Part shown: in pieces, positions 39,637 through 48,453 of the stretch
How positions within the stretch are numbered: position 1 is the stretch's first letter
Layout of the letters: every line of letters begins with the position of its first letter
From: Giardia intestinalis
Taxonomy: Eukaryota
DNA length: 64,000 bases
NCBI GenBank assembly: GCA_000002435.2
Contig: CM018793.1
Direction: 5' to 3' (one strand)
Made by a program: the position numbers and the translations under genes
The notes under the pieces: generated by a model
Told to the model about the DNA's origin: nothing
The model's input: only the letters and a program-made list of their open reading frames with translations
Database searches by the model: none

Positions 39637-42177
39637 CTAAATGTAACCCTTGGTAACCACGCGATATTCGTCTAACCATTTAGAGGATGCCTTTGCTTTC
39701 TCAGCGTCTGTGGTTTGTCGAGCTTCCTTCACCATAGCAATCTCTGGCGTAAACCTTCTCCGTTGGCGACGATCTGTCTTGCTGACCGGCGGTGGCACAT
39801 CGGGAACCATCACAATGAAGCCCGAATCATCTGTGGGGACAATTATTTTCTGCCCCTTTTCATTGAAGTATTCCTCTCCTCTAAGGATCTTTTTCTTTGC
39901 GTCACGGGTTTCAGGAGCTCTTGGTGGCGCGGGACCATCGCTACTCGTTCTTAGTTCTGCGCGCCACAATTTTGCAACGAGATCAGGGAGAGGCTCTCTC
40001 CTTTCTAGATAGAATGCGTCATCATCTTGCACTATACGCCCGCAGCAGGACTTATTCGCACCAATCGCTGTTGATATCTGATTAATCACAATGCTTGAGG
40101 ACAGCGACTCCATGCTGCCTCCGGGCATCCCGGGTGTTATTCCGTATATCCCAGTGATCATGGTTGTGAACAGTTTGTAATCATTGATCTGAAATAACTC
40201 TAAGATCTTTCCACGGATGTAGCTTTCCTTTTGTCTCCGACTCGGACCGGGGTCGGCACCGCTGCCTCGGGTGCTCCTGGCGTCCGGCGTTTCGAGCGAC
40301 GTGAGCGGTACAAAGCCAGTCGATAGCCTACCATTGCTATATCCTATTGCGTTGACCGTACACGGACCATCTGTTCTGTTTTCAAAGACATCAGTGTACT
40401 CGTTAAATAAGTCCGACAACGCAGCAAGGAGCTCGTTCTTTCTGCTGACGCTATTGATGAGGAACCGCAATAGTGTGTTTGTAAATAGTTTCTTCTCTGC
40501 AAGCCAGTCGCTAGACCGTTTGTAGATACTTATTGCGCGGTTGACTTCCCTGGAGTCGGCATCGATTTGCTTGCGCTCTTCATAAATCTTTTGGATCGTG
40601 GAATTGCTGGTTGTAGGCCCGCCGTGGCTGTTTGTTTCCTCACTGGCTATCTTTGACTGAGTAACAAAAGCTGCCCGCCGAGCCTCCATAGCCTTTACCC
40701 GCAGGTCTGTGTGCCTCTTTTCTTGACGAAGGTAGTCACCAATCACGCGCAATCGAAGAACTTCGCTCAGAAGGGCAGACCGTGCCGGGTCCGGTAGGCA
40801 ATAGACAATGAAGTTTCCAAAGCCTGAGAATGCATCTATATCCACTGTATGAAGTAAGGTCTTTGGAGATTCAGCGTCCTTGGGCAGAGCACTACGAGTT
40901 GGTGAAGGTAACTGAGCGGGCTTTTGCTGGAGGCCCTGAGCCTGTAATTGCCCTAGAAGTGATTGCTGCTGAACGGTTAATTGACTCACTGTCTGCTTAA
41001 GAGTCACTAGGCTCTGTTCGAGGACATTGATCTCAGCGAGCAAACGAGACTGCTCCACCTTCAAATCGGCTATTCTACGCTCATACCCATCTTTATCAGA
41101 CATGAGGCTGTCGTACTTCTGTTTGGCCTGTCGCACTTCATCACCATACATGCTATCAAGTTTCTTCATCTGCCTATCGTGCGCTTCACGGAGCTCTGTC
41201 ACCTTGCGGTCAAACTCCTCTCTCAGTGTTTTATATTCTCTTTTGTACTCCTCATTTAGATCCTGTTTCATCTTCTTGATCCCTTCGCTGTGCTCTTCCC
41301 GAAGTTTTAGAATCTCCTTCGCATGTACTTCACAGAGATCAGTAATTGCGGCTCCATGGGCTTTAGACAGCTCGGCCATTTCTTGCGCATGCTGCTTAGA
41401 TAGCTCAATCATGTCTTTGGCTCCAAAAAGCTGCGATGGCAACTCATTTGCAGTCTCATTGACCGCACTGGGGGAGCTAGCCTCTTGCTTGGGGAGGGAG
41501 CCCATTTGTGCCATCAGAATGCCCTTAATAATATCGGGTTTGCTACCATCCGAATTGGGTATATCTTCTTGGACCGAGTCTCCTTGGACTGAGGGCGCAT
41601 CGCCGACTCTGCCGCTACTGTTGATGCCACTCAGTGGGCTTTGAAACTCTCTGTAGGTTGTTGGGATGATGGACTGATTTGCAGTACTGGGCATGCTACC
41701 CGGTTCCTGGTTGTCTAATGAGCCAGTAAGATTGATGACCGAAAGCTGGGGCAGGGATGATGGCCGCTCGACAGAATCTCTAGGTCCCTGTGAAGAGCCA
41801 GAATTTGAGGACCCGCTCGTAAGGAGCTTCTCTTCTGCAGACTCCTTAGGCAAAGTCATCTTGGTAAATGTTAGCACGTTCGTCTTCTTTGCCCTTCGTG
41901 CCTTCTCCTCCTCAAACTTCTTCTTGTAGAACTCGTCCATCGGATGATCCCAAGTAGGTTCCCGTTTATCCTTATGATAGTAGTAGATATCTCCGTCTGC
42001 TGTACTAGCAACACGCCAGTCTGGGGGCAAGGGCGCCTTCAGACCCTCGCGGGCAATGTATAGAAGATCGTTGTCATCGGGAAGAATAAAGCCAAGCGCT
42101 TGCGCATACTCCTGTATCTCTTCTTCAGTGGGCTCATAGTCATCTTCCGCAACTGGCTCCATGAGCTTGCTGGCCAT
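39637..42177 (-). CDS. CEP164-like protein with an N-terminal WW domain and long coiled coils.
   Basis: The N-terminus EEEIQEYAQALGFILPDDNDLLYIAREGLKAPLPPDWRVASTADGDIYYYHKDKREPTWDHPMDEFYKKK closely parallels the CEP164 WW region (...LMWLAREGIVAPLP.EWK.....GDIYYFN...G.S.WDHP.DE.YR). It is followed by ~400 aa of heptad-rich sequence (AQEMAELSKAHGAAITDLCEVHAKEILKLREEH...). The track ORF starts at 42279. I prefer the ATG at 42177, which has an AT-rich upstream 'aatccggaattttaaatcgcgaATG'. The start is uncertain. Confidence 0.6.
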   Translation of the reverse strand: MASKLMEPVAEDDYEPTEEEIQEYAQALGFILPDDNDLLYIAREGLKAPLPPDWRVASTADGDIYYYHKDKREPTWDHPMDEFYKKKFEEEKARRAKKTNVLTFTKMTLPKESAEEKLLTSGSSNSGSSQGPRDSVERPSSLPQLSVINLTGSLDNQEPGSMPSTANQSIIPTTYREFQSPLSGINSSGRVGDAPSVQGDSVQEDIPNSDGSKPDIIKGILMAQMGSLPKQEASSPSAVNETANELPSQLFGAKDMIELSKQHAQEMAELSKAHGAAITDLCEVHAKEILKLREEHSEGIKKMKQDLNEEYKREYKTLREEFDRKVTELREAHDRQMKKLDSMYGDEVRQAKQKYDSLMSDKDGYERRIADLKVEQSRLLAEINVLEQSLVTLKQTVSQLTVQQQSLLGQLQAQGLQQKPAQLPSPTRSALPKDAESPKTLLHTVDIDAFSGFGNFIVYCLPDPARSALLSEVLRLRVIGDYLRQEKRHTDLRVKAMEARRAAFVTQSKIASEETNSHGGPTTSNSTIQKIYEERKQIDADSREVNRAISIYKRSSDWLAEKKLFTNTLLRFLINSVSRKNELLAALSDLFNEYTDVFENRTDGPCTVNAIGYSNGRLSTGFVPLTSLETPDARSTRGSGADPGPSRRQKESYIRGKILELFQINDYKLFTTMITGIYGITPGMPGGSMESLSSSIVINQISTAIGANKSCCGRIVQDDDAFYLERREPLPDLVAKLWRAELRTSSDGPAPPRAPETRDAKKKILRGEEYFNEKGQKIIVPTDDSGFIVMVPDVPPPVSKTDRRQRRRFTPEIAMVKEARQTTDAEKAKASSKWLDEYRVVTKGYI

Positions 42178-42387
42178 TCGCGATTTAAAATTCCGGATTT
42201 TACAGAAAACGTGAGAGAACAAGTCAGGGTACACTAGTGAAGGATTCTGCAATTCTGCACAGGCCTGAAAGGTCTGCATGACTGTGGTTGTCTCAGAAGC
42301 CTTCTTTCCGGGTCAACATCCTGCCCCATCAAAAGAATAATTAATTGCACTTTTCAGGTCTTCAGGGTTGCGGGAAAAAAATATCGC

Positions 42388-42843
42388 ATGCTGATTTACA
42401 AGGACATAATAAACGGGGATGAGCTCCTTAGCGACGCAATCATCACCTCCACCGACGACCTCTTCTACGTCATTAAGGGGAAGATGATAGTTGCCGACGG
42501 CGATGAGGAGGACGAGGACGCAGAAAAGGTTGTCGACGTCGTCTTCCGCTACAATCTTGCGGAGGCAGAGTTTACAAAGAAGACTCTCATGAGCAATCTT
42601 AAGAAGTTTATGAAGGCCATGAGCAAGAACCTCAAGAAGACGAAATCTGAAGAAGAGGTCGCTGCCTGGCAAGAGAAGGTTAACGCCTGGGTTACGGGGC
42701 TCCTGGAGAAGTTCGACGACTATAGCTTCTATCTGGGAGCCTCCAACGATGTAGAATCGGGGATGGTTGTCTTCTGCAAGTGGGACGGCGCAGACCCGTA
42801 CTTCTACTACTGGAAGGACGCCCTCAAGTCCGAGAAGGTCTGA
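42388..42843 (+). CDS. TCTP: Translationally controlled tumour protein (TCTP), 151 aa.
   Basis: MLIYKDIINGDELLSDA...FTKKTLMSNLKKFMKAMSKNLKK...YSFYLGASNDVESGMVVFCKWDGADPYFYYWKDALKSEKV aligns end to end with TCTP. ATG at 42388. Confidence 0.9.
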   Translation: MLIYKDIINGDELLSDAIITSTDDLFYVIKGKMIVADGDEEDEDAEKVVDVVFRYNLAEAEFTKKTLMSNLKKFMKAMSKNLKKTKSEEEVAAWQEKVNAWVTGLLEKFDDYSFYLGASNDVESGMVVFCKWDGADPYFYYWKDALKSEKV

Positions 42844-42852
42844 GCATCTGCG

Positions 42853-42859
42853 AGTAAAC
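42853..42859 (+). terminator. Polyadenylation signal AGTAAAC, 9 nt after the TCTP stop.
   Basis: Sequence 'tgagcatctgcgAGTAAACcgg'. Confidence 0.55.
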
Positions 42860-42892
42860 CGGCGCTGGCTGTTTCGCTTTTCTAAATTGTTA

Positions 42893-45097
42893 ATGTCCGC
42901 CATGCCAGATGTTGGTGCCGCTTCGGCTGCACAGGCTTCTGCCAGTGGGAGCCTCAGCGTCTCTATGTCGAGCAAAACGCTTAGTTCAAGCCAACAGCTC
43001 GTTCCACGAGTGCTTTCAGGGGAGTCAGGCCACTCAGATAGCTCTCAGGAGGAGCCAACCTCCGGGCCTCTTTCGCGTAAATCCATGGTTCGCTCACCCA
43101 GTACTCCTGGAAGACTGGGTACACCAACAAGCATCCGTAGAACAGCCAGCAGAAAGTCCAATCACAGAGTTCTACATTCCGCAAAGTCAGGAATTACTCA
43201 ATTCTTCAACGAATCAGAGAGTGCATTTACCACTGGTATTAGCTTTGACATCGCAGCCGTCAAGGGGACAGAGGCAGCAGACTTTCTAGACCCCTCTGTT
43301 GCAATACCTGAGCTGTATGGGATAGACGCCAACTATCTGCCCAAGATCATGAACAACGAGACCGCGCAGCTCACTTCCTATGCCTATGAAGACCACATGT
43401 CGGCAGAAATCATAGACGATGTCTGTGGAATACATCTCTACAAGCAGGCATGTTTTCAAAGAGACGTGCACCCGTCTGCGATAGTCATTGCAGCCATAAG
43501 GCGCAACCCAGTCCACGTTGACCTCACAAACATCTACCTAGGCCCGCTTGGCGCTCAATGCTTCGCTGCAGCAATACACGGTCAGCTTTCAAAGTCTATA
43601 GAAACACTGTCACTCAAGAACTGTAAGATAGGCCCGAGCGGGCTATGCTCTATCGTGCAGGGTCTCTTGAACCTTCCTGATGAGTGCATTATTGACATGC
43701 ATTATGTTCTTCCGGAAAACGAGGAAGCAGACCATCGCCACAGCTTGACCGTGCTTAACCTGGAGGGCAACGGGTTAGCCACTCCAGCCGAGCTATTGGC
43801 AGATGGAACTGGGCTGCCACCTCTAGTTACATCTGATCAGCTCGCTTATTCCAGTTCTGAATATAATAGGATAAAGGAGCTTCAGCGTAAGGAAGAGGGA
43901 CGTGGCCGCGAAAAGCTGGACCTGAGCGCGAAGGTTATGACAGAGCAAGAAAGAAAGGCCAAAGAAGCCGCTCTTCAAAAGGAAAAGAACGCAAAGAAGA
44001 ATGAAGTGATAGATCCGTATTTAGAGATGATTCGAGCCACTGCTCTTTACAACTTTGGATCTAGCGAGCCTAGACCCTTTGCTCCCCCCAAGAAACTTAC
44101 TGAAGAAGAGCTCAAGAAGATGAAGGCTGCTGGACGTGATGTGACAGAGGTTCCTCCAGACCCAACATTCCTCGACAAAGTTCAGTTTCATCGCAAGCTC
44201 TCCAGTCTGCATATTGTACCAGCCTCACAGCTGATCAACGTTATTAAGCACATGCTCAATGGGCTCAGTTTGCTGACTCATTTGGACTTGTCCTCCAATG
44301 AGTTAGACGATTCGTTCCTGCAAAGTGCTTCTAAATATCTATGCGCTCACGGTTCCTTGTCAGAACTTAACATTGCTAACAACCGCATCACAGCGAATGG
44401 GCTTCAAGCGCTCATTACAGAGTTACCCAATTCTATTAATCTGGAGAAGATTGACATGTCGCTCAATCAATTTGGTAGCATCGGAGCATGTGTTTTGGCA
44501 TATGGCCTTTGTAAGGTCATGGCGCGGACGTCCCTTCGTCTCAGTAGCCTATGCTTAAATTGCAACAAGATTGGCGATGAGGCTGGTGCGTTTGTCTTGG
44601 GCTGCTTCATGGGAGGCTGCGTTCTTCCAGAGATAACAAAGTATGGAACTGATGTTGCAAGGGATTTCATGGGAACCCTACCTGCCCCCATCTCCCCGAT
44701 ATGGAGGGCAGGACCCATCAAGCATGTCTCAGGAATAAGCTCTCTTGAGCTAGCAGATTGTGGGCTTGGTCTCTTCTCCTGCCTCCAGCTATGTAAGATT
44801 CTCACCTCTAGTAGTATTAGGATTAAGAGCCTGGACATATCTAAGAACAACCTAAATGATGGAATGGGCTTCTACTCTATTATTAAAGCGCTCACCCAGC
44901 GAAGGAAGTCGTGCCCTGGCGAGGACTGTCATATTGACAAATTTTCAATAAGCAATAAGGTGGTTCTGATGGACGAGGTGCGTAGATTTAGCGATGTTGA
45001 AAAGGAAGATGAGGTGGTTGAATTTAGTCAACTCGCCGAGGAAATTGCGTCAATGAATGGGGGCTACATAAAGGAGTTGACCATTTTGCCCTACTAA
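42893..45097 (+). CDS. Leucine-rich repeat protein (ribonuclease-inhibitor-like LRRs), about 734 aa.
   Basis: RNI-type LRR units (LTHLDLSSNELDDSFLQSASKYL..., LSELNIANNRITANGLQALITEL..., LEKIDMSLNQFGSIGACVLAYGL..., LSSLCLNCNKIGDEAGAFVLG..., IKSLDISKNNLNDGMGFYSIIKAL). The track ORF at 42767 overlaps the TCTP 3' end. I prefer the ATG at 42893, behind 'ttttctaaattgttaATG' and downstream of the TCTP poly(A) signal. Confidence 0.7.
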   Translation: MSAMPDVGAASAAQASASGSLSVSMSSKTLSSSQQLVPRVLSGESGHSDSSQEEPTSGPLSRKSMVRSPSTPGRLGTPTSIRRTASRKSNHRVLHSAKSGITQFFNESESAFTTGISFDIAAVKGTEAADFLDPSVAIPELYGIDANYLPKIMNNETAQLTSYAYEDHMSAEIIDDVCGIHLYKQACFQRDVHPSAIVIAAIRRNPVHVDLTNIYLGPLGAQCFAAAIHGQLSKSIETLSLKNCKIGPSGLCSIVQGLLNLPDECIIDMHYVLPENEEADHRHSLTVLNLEGNGLATPAELLADGTGLPPLVTSDQLAYSSSEYNRIKELQRKEEGRGREKLDLSAKVMTEQERKAKEAALQKEKNAKKNEVIDPYLEMIRATALYNFGSSEPRPFAPPKKLTEEELKKMKAAGRDVTEVPPDPTFLDKVQFHRKLSSLHIVPASQLINVIKHMLNGLSLLTHLDLSSNELDDSFLQSASKYLCAHGSLSELNIANNRITANGLQALITELPNSINLEKIDMSLNQFGSIGACVLAYGLCKVMARTSLRLSSLCLNCNKIGDEAGAFVLGCFMGGCVLPEITKYGTDVARDFMGTLPAPISPIWRAGPIKHVSGISSLELADCGLGLFSCLQLCKILTSSSIRIKSLDISKNNLNDGMGFYSIIKALTQRRKSCPGEDCHIDKFSISNKVVLMDEVRRFSDVEKEDEVVEFSQLAEEIASMNGGYIKELTILPY

Positions 45098-45159
45098 TAT
45101 CTCTGAAGTTGCCGCCTTGCTTTAATTATTTTAAAAAATGGCTCCCCAATTTAATTGCA

Positions 45160-48100
45160 ATGCCAGCCAGGCATTCTAAAGTAGGCAAGAACAGAAAGGA
45201 TGAGTACTATCGGCTGGCCAGGGAGGCTGGGTACCGTTCTCGTGCGGCATATAAATTGATTCAGCTCGATGCGCAGTACGGTTTTCTTAGTAGCACCAAG
45301 TGTCTTATCGATCTCTGTGCCGCCCCAGGCAGCTGGTCGCAGGTTGCTGCTATGAAGATGCCTGTTGGTAGCCTCATTGTCTCTGTTGATTTAGACCCCA
45401 TCAAGCCTATCAATGGTGTCGTTTCCTTCTGTTCTGACATTACAACCGCTGCATGCCGCAACGCACTAACTGAGAAACTGAAGGGGTGGGCTGTTGATAC
45501 TGTCATCCACGATGGAGCGCCGAACATGGGGACAGCATGGGGTGTTGACGCCTTCGGGCAGAATACACTTGTTCTTGCTGCTTGCAAGCTAGCAACAGAA
45601 TTTCTGCGCATGCACGGCACCTTCATCACCAAGATTTTTCGAAGTGCAGACCACGATGCCCTCCTGTATGTGTTGCGCCAGCTCTTTGAGAAAGTAGAGA
45701 TTACAAAGCCAAGGGCGTCCCGCGATAATTCTTCCGAATGCTTTGCTGTTTGCTTACGCTATAAAAATCCCAAGGAGATTGATGGACGCTTTTTTGACCC
45801 TAACCATGTCTTTAAAAATTACACCGGCATACAGCAGCAATCCGACAAGGAAAGCATGTACAATGCTGCCCTCCGCTCATCCAGCAAAACCAGTTCGTCT
45901 CTCAAGCAGTTGGCGGAGGACCTTAGCCACACCGCAAGGCACAGGACCGGCTACTCTGATGAGCGTGGGGGTGGCCTTTACATGCAGATACCTGTGTTGG
46001 ATTTCCTTATGCATCCGTCTCCAATAACGTTACTCGCTAAGTATTCCGTGATTTCCTTTGATAAGGATGTCAAGGGGAATCCAAAGTTTCAGCACCTCTA
46101 TGGAGACATTAAAAGGGGAGAACAAGTGAAGGACCCGAGCATTAAGTTTAACCACCGCGTGGTGGATACTTGGGATGAATATACGCGGCTGCAACACGAG
46201 GTTATGGCGCACGTGGCAACCACAGATGAAATCAAGTACTGCTGCCAAGACGTCCGGAATATGAATAATAAGGACTTTAGAAAACTTCTCAAGTGGCGTG
46301 AGAAGGTTATAGCTCACATTTGTGAGATAACCGTTCCTGTGGAAATCCCGAAGAGCGCCCCGACTCTTGAGCAGCTTGAGGCGCTTCCGGCATACTCTAG
46401 CGACGAGTTTCTCCAGTTGACACCTGAACAGCAAGCACACCTACAGGAGCAATACCTGCAGCGTGAGAAGCTGCGGAAAGAGCGTCGTGAACTGCAGCGA
46501 GCTGAGCGAAAGATGGCCAAAGATCAGGCACGACAGCTTAAAAGCAAGTCACAGGTAGATGACCTTGCAGAGACGGCTGATTCTGTAACTCTCAGAAAGC
46601 TCTTCACAATGGAAAAGTATCAGGTTGTCTGCAAGGCCCTCCGACTCTTTGATTCTCGCCTTCTTCTTTCGGCACTACAGTCTGTCAATTCAGAAGAAGC
46701 AAAGGCAGATCTTTTTCAGAATATCAGTGATGAGGAAAAGGAGGAGGCTCTTAAGCGTATGGAGCAGATTGCTAGGGGCGGAGAAGGAGAGTTCGACGAG
46801 GTTTCGCTAACTCTTCTGAGGCGTGCAGGTGCCATTCTGAAGAGAGGTGACGGCGAGGCGGAATTGATACCTGGGCTTGAAGAAGCGATTCAGCGTTCTG
46901 ATGCAACTAGTGTTCTCTCAGCTCTGCAGAAAAACCGTGATCTAAAGCTGAAAGAGGGACCAGGCTCTGATACAGAAACCAGTAGCGATGATTCGGATGA
47001 GGACCCAGAGGCCGCTCGGGAGAGGTACTTAGCGTATGTAGATAGTAATGCGGACTACTGGTATGATCAAATGCTCAAAAAAAGGGATGAGCTTGAACGA
47101 AGAATGCGTGAAAAGGAAGAAACATATCGTAAGGCGAAGGGAATCGTCCTCGATGAAGATATCAATGCGAAGAGGGTAGATGATGAGAACCTTGCAGGCA
47201 AATCCGAGTTAGCGGAGCGATGGTATTCTAATGAAGCCTTTTCAGAGCAGCCTGGTATCGATAGACTGCATAACATCAACGGACCCGAGGCACAGGATGC
47301 CGGTACTGCAGACGATGAGTACTGGAATAGCTTCCCGCTTCCTCGTGATTACCTGGACAAGACCGCAGCGCACAACAAGCGCATAAAAGAGATTGCAAAG
47401 CAGCAGAGGGAAGAGGCATACAGGCAGGCCAAGCTGGCCAAGCTCAGCAGAGAGGTAGACGCAGAAAACAGTGTGTTTCCTGGTCTCAAGCAGCAGATCC
47501 AACTACTCCCAGTTCACGAGGTAGAGGAGGGCCAGTCTCCGGACGAGCAGCTAACGTCAGGGAGCCAACAGAAGCCTGGTTCAAACAAGCATGTAGTAGG
47601 CATCAAGACAGAAGCGGCACGGTTAGGGTACTCAGCAGATCGTGTAACTATTACCAGTGGTGACGTAGGTGACACAGGAGACGTACATACCAGTGGGTCA
47701 GACACAGATCTCAGCGAGGAAACGTCGGACGACATGTTCGTAGGTGACAAAAAGGAAAAGGACACAGCTCTTCTCAAGGATCCACACAACCAGGCCCTGA
47801 AGCTTGCACTCGTGCAGAAGATGACGACCAAAAAGGGGAAGGAGGCGATTATACATTCCTCAATTAATCGCTTCTCTTTCTATCGTGATGAAGACCCGCG
47901 TACACTCCCCCGCTGGTTTGTCGATGATGAAGAGCGGAATTGCAAGCCAGAAGTGCCGCTCACTGCAGAAGAGATACAGCTTCAGAGAGCACGCGTTGAG
48001 GCTCTCAACGCCAGGCCAATCAAGAAAGTCCGGGAGGCCCTTGCTAGAAAGCGCATGCGGGCTTACTCGCGCCTGAAGCAATTGACCACCAAGGCGGACA

Positions 48101-48414
48101 CACTGGCTGCACGAACCGACATCAGCGAGCGAGAAAAGGTGACCATATTAGAAAAGGCTGCTGCAAAGATGCACAGGCGAGAATCTAAGACGAAGAAGCG
48201 TGTCATTTTAAGTAACCGCAACAAGGTTGGTGCGCTATCTAGCGCGGGCCGTCGCGACAAGCGGGGAGTTAAGCACATCGATCGGCGAATGAAGAAGGAT
48301 CTCCGAAAGGGCCACGCATTCGAGGGCGGAGTTGGCAAAAAAGCAATGAAGAAGCAGGGTCTCGTCAATGCAGCCTTAGGCAAATTTAAGGCGAAGCAGA
48401 AAAAGCGGCATTGA
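45160..48414 (+). CDS. SPB1: SPB1/FtsJ-type AdoMet-dependent rRNA 2'-O-methyltransferase, about 1084 aa.
   Basis: MPARHSKVGKNRKDEYYRLAREAGYRSRAAYKLIQLDAQYGFL...LIDLCAAPGSWSQVAA...DGAPNMG...FITKIFRS matches the Spb1 N-terminal FtsJ domain residue for residue. The track start at 45109 is a TTG. The first in-frame ATG is at 45160, behind 'ccccaatttaattgcaATG'. Confidence 0.88.
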   Translation: MPARHSKVGKNRKDEYYRLAREAGYRSRAAYKLIQLDAQYGFLSSTKCLIDLCAAPGSWSQVAAMKMPVGSLIVSVDLDPIKPINGVVSFCSDITTAACRNALTEKLKGWAVDTVIHDGAPNMGTAWGVDAFGQNTLVLAACKLATEFLRMHGTFITKIFRSADHDALLYVLRQLFEKVEITKPRASRDNSSECFAVCLRYKNPKEIDGRFFDPNHVFKNYTGIQQQSDKESMYNAALRSSSKTSSSLKQLAEDLSHTARHRTGYSDERGGGLYMQIPVLDFLMHPSPITLLAKYSVISFDKDVKGNPKFQHLYGDIKRGEQVKDPSIKFNHRVVDTWDEYTRLQHEVMAHVATTDEIKYCCQDVRNMNNKDFRKLLKWREKVIAHICEITVPVEIPKSAPTLEQLEALPAYSSDEFLQLTPEQQAHLQEQYLQREKLRKERRELQRAERKMAKDQARQLKSKSQVDDLAETADSVTLRKLFTMEKYQVVCKALRLFDSRLLLSALQSVNSEEAKADLFQNISDEEKEEALKRMEQIARGGEGEFDEVSLTLLRRAGAILKRGDGEAELIPGLEEAIQRSDATSVLSALQKNRDLKLKEGPGSDTETSSDDSDEDPEAARERYLAYVDSNADYWYDQMLKKRDELERRMREKEETYRKAKGIVLDEDINAKRVDDENLAGKSELAERWYSNEAFSEQPGIDRLHNINGPEAQDAGTADDEYWNSFPLPRDYLDKTAAHNKRIKEIAKQQREEAYRQAKLAKLSREVDAENSVFPGLKQQIQLLPVHEVEEGQSPDEQLTSGSQQKPGSNKHVVGIKTEAARLGYSADRVTITSGDVGDTGDVHTSGSDTDLSEETSDDMFVGDKKEKDTALLKDPHNQALKLALVQKMTTKKGKEAIIHSSINRFSFYRDEDPRTLPRWFVDDEERNCKPEVPLTAEEIQLQRARVEALNARPIKKVREALARKRMRAYSRLKQLTTKADTLAARTDISEREKVTILEKAAAKMHRRESKTKKRVILSNRNKVGALSSAGRRDKRGVKHIDRRMKKDLRKGHAFEGGVGKKAMKKQGLVNAALGKFKAKQKKRH

Positions 48415-48424
48415 TTGCTTGCAG

Positions 48425-48431
48425 AGTAAAT
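48425..48431 (+). terminator. Polyadenylation signal AGTAAAT, 10 nt after the SPB1 stop.
   Basis: Sequence 'tgattgcttgcagAGTAAATcg'. Confidence 0.5.
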
Positions 48432-48453
48432 CGTTCTGTAGCTGAAATAAAAA

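Noticed and set aside
42767..42892. The upstream 42 codons of the ORF-track LRR protein, overlapping the TCTP 3' end.
   Set aside because: The extension has no ATG context. An AT-rich initiator and ATG at 42893 sit just after the TCTP poly(A) signal. The overlap is an artefact of taking the longest ORF.
42313..42975. A 220-aa minus-strand ORF overlapping the TCTP gene.
   Set aside because: It is the antisense of a highly conserved TCTP coding sequence. It has no family resemblance, and its only support is the stop-poor complementary frame.
45109..45159. The N-terminal extension MPPCFNYFKKWLPNLIA on the SPB1 methyltransferase.
   Set aside because: The track start is a TTG. The homologous Spb1 N-terminus (M-x-x-x-K-x-GK-x-RKD) aligns from the ATG at 45160.
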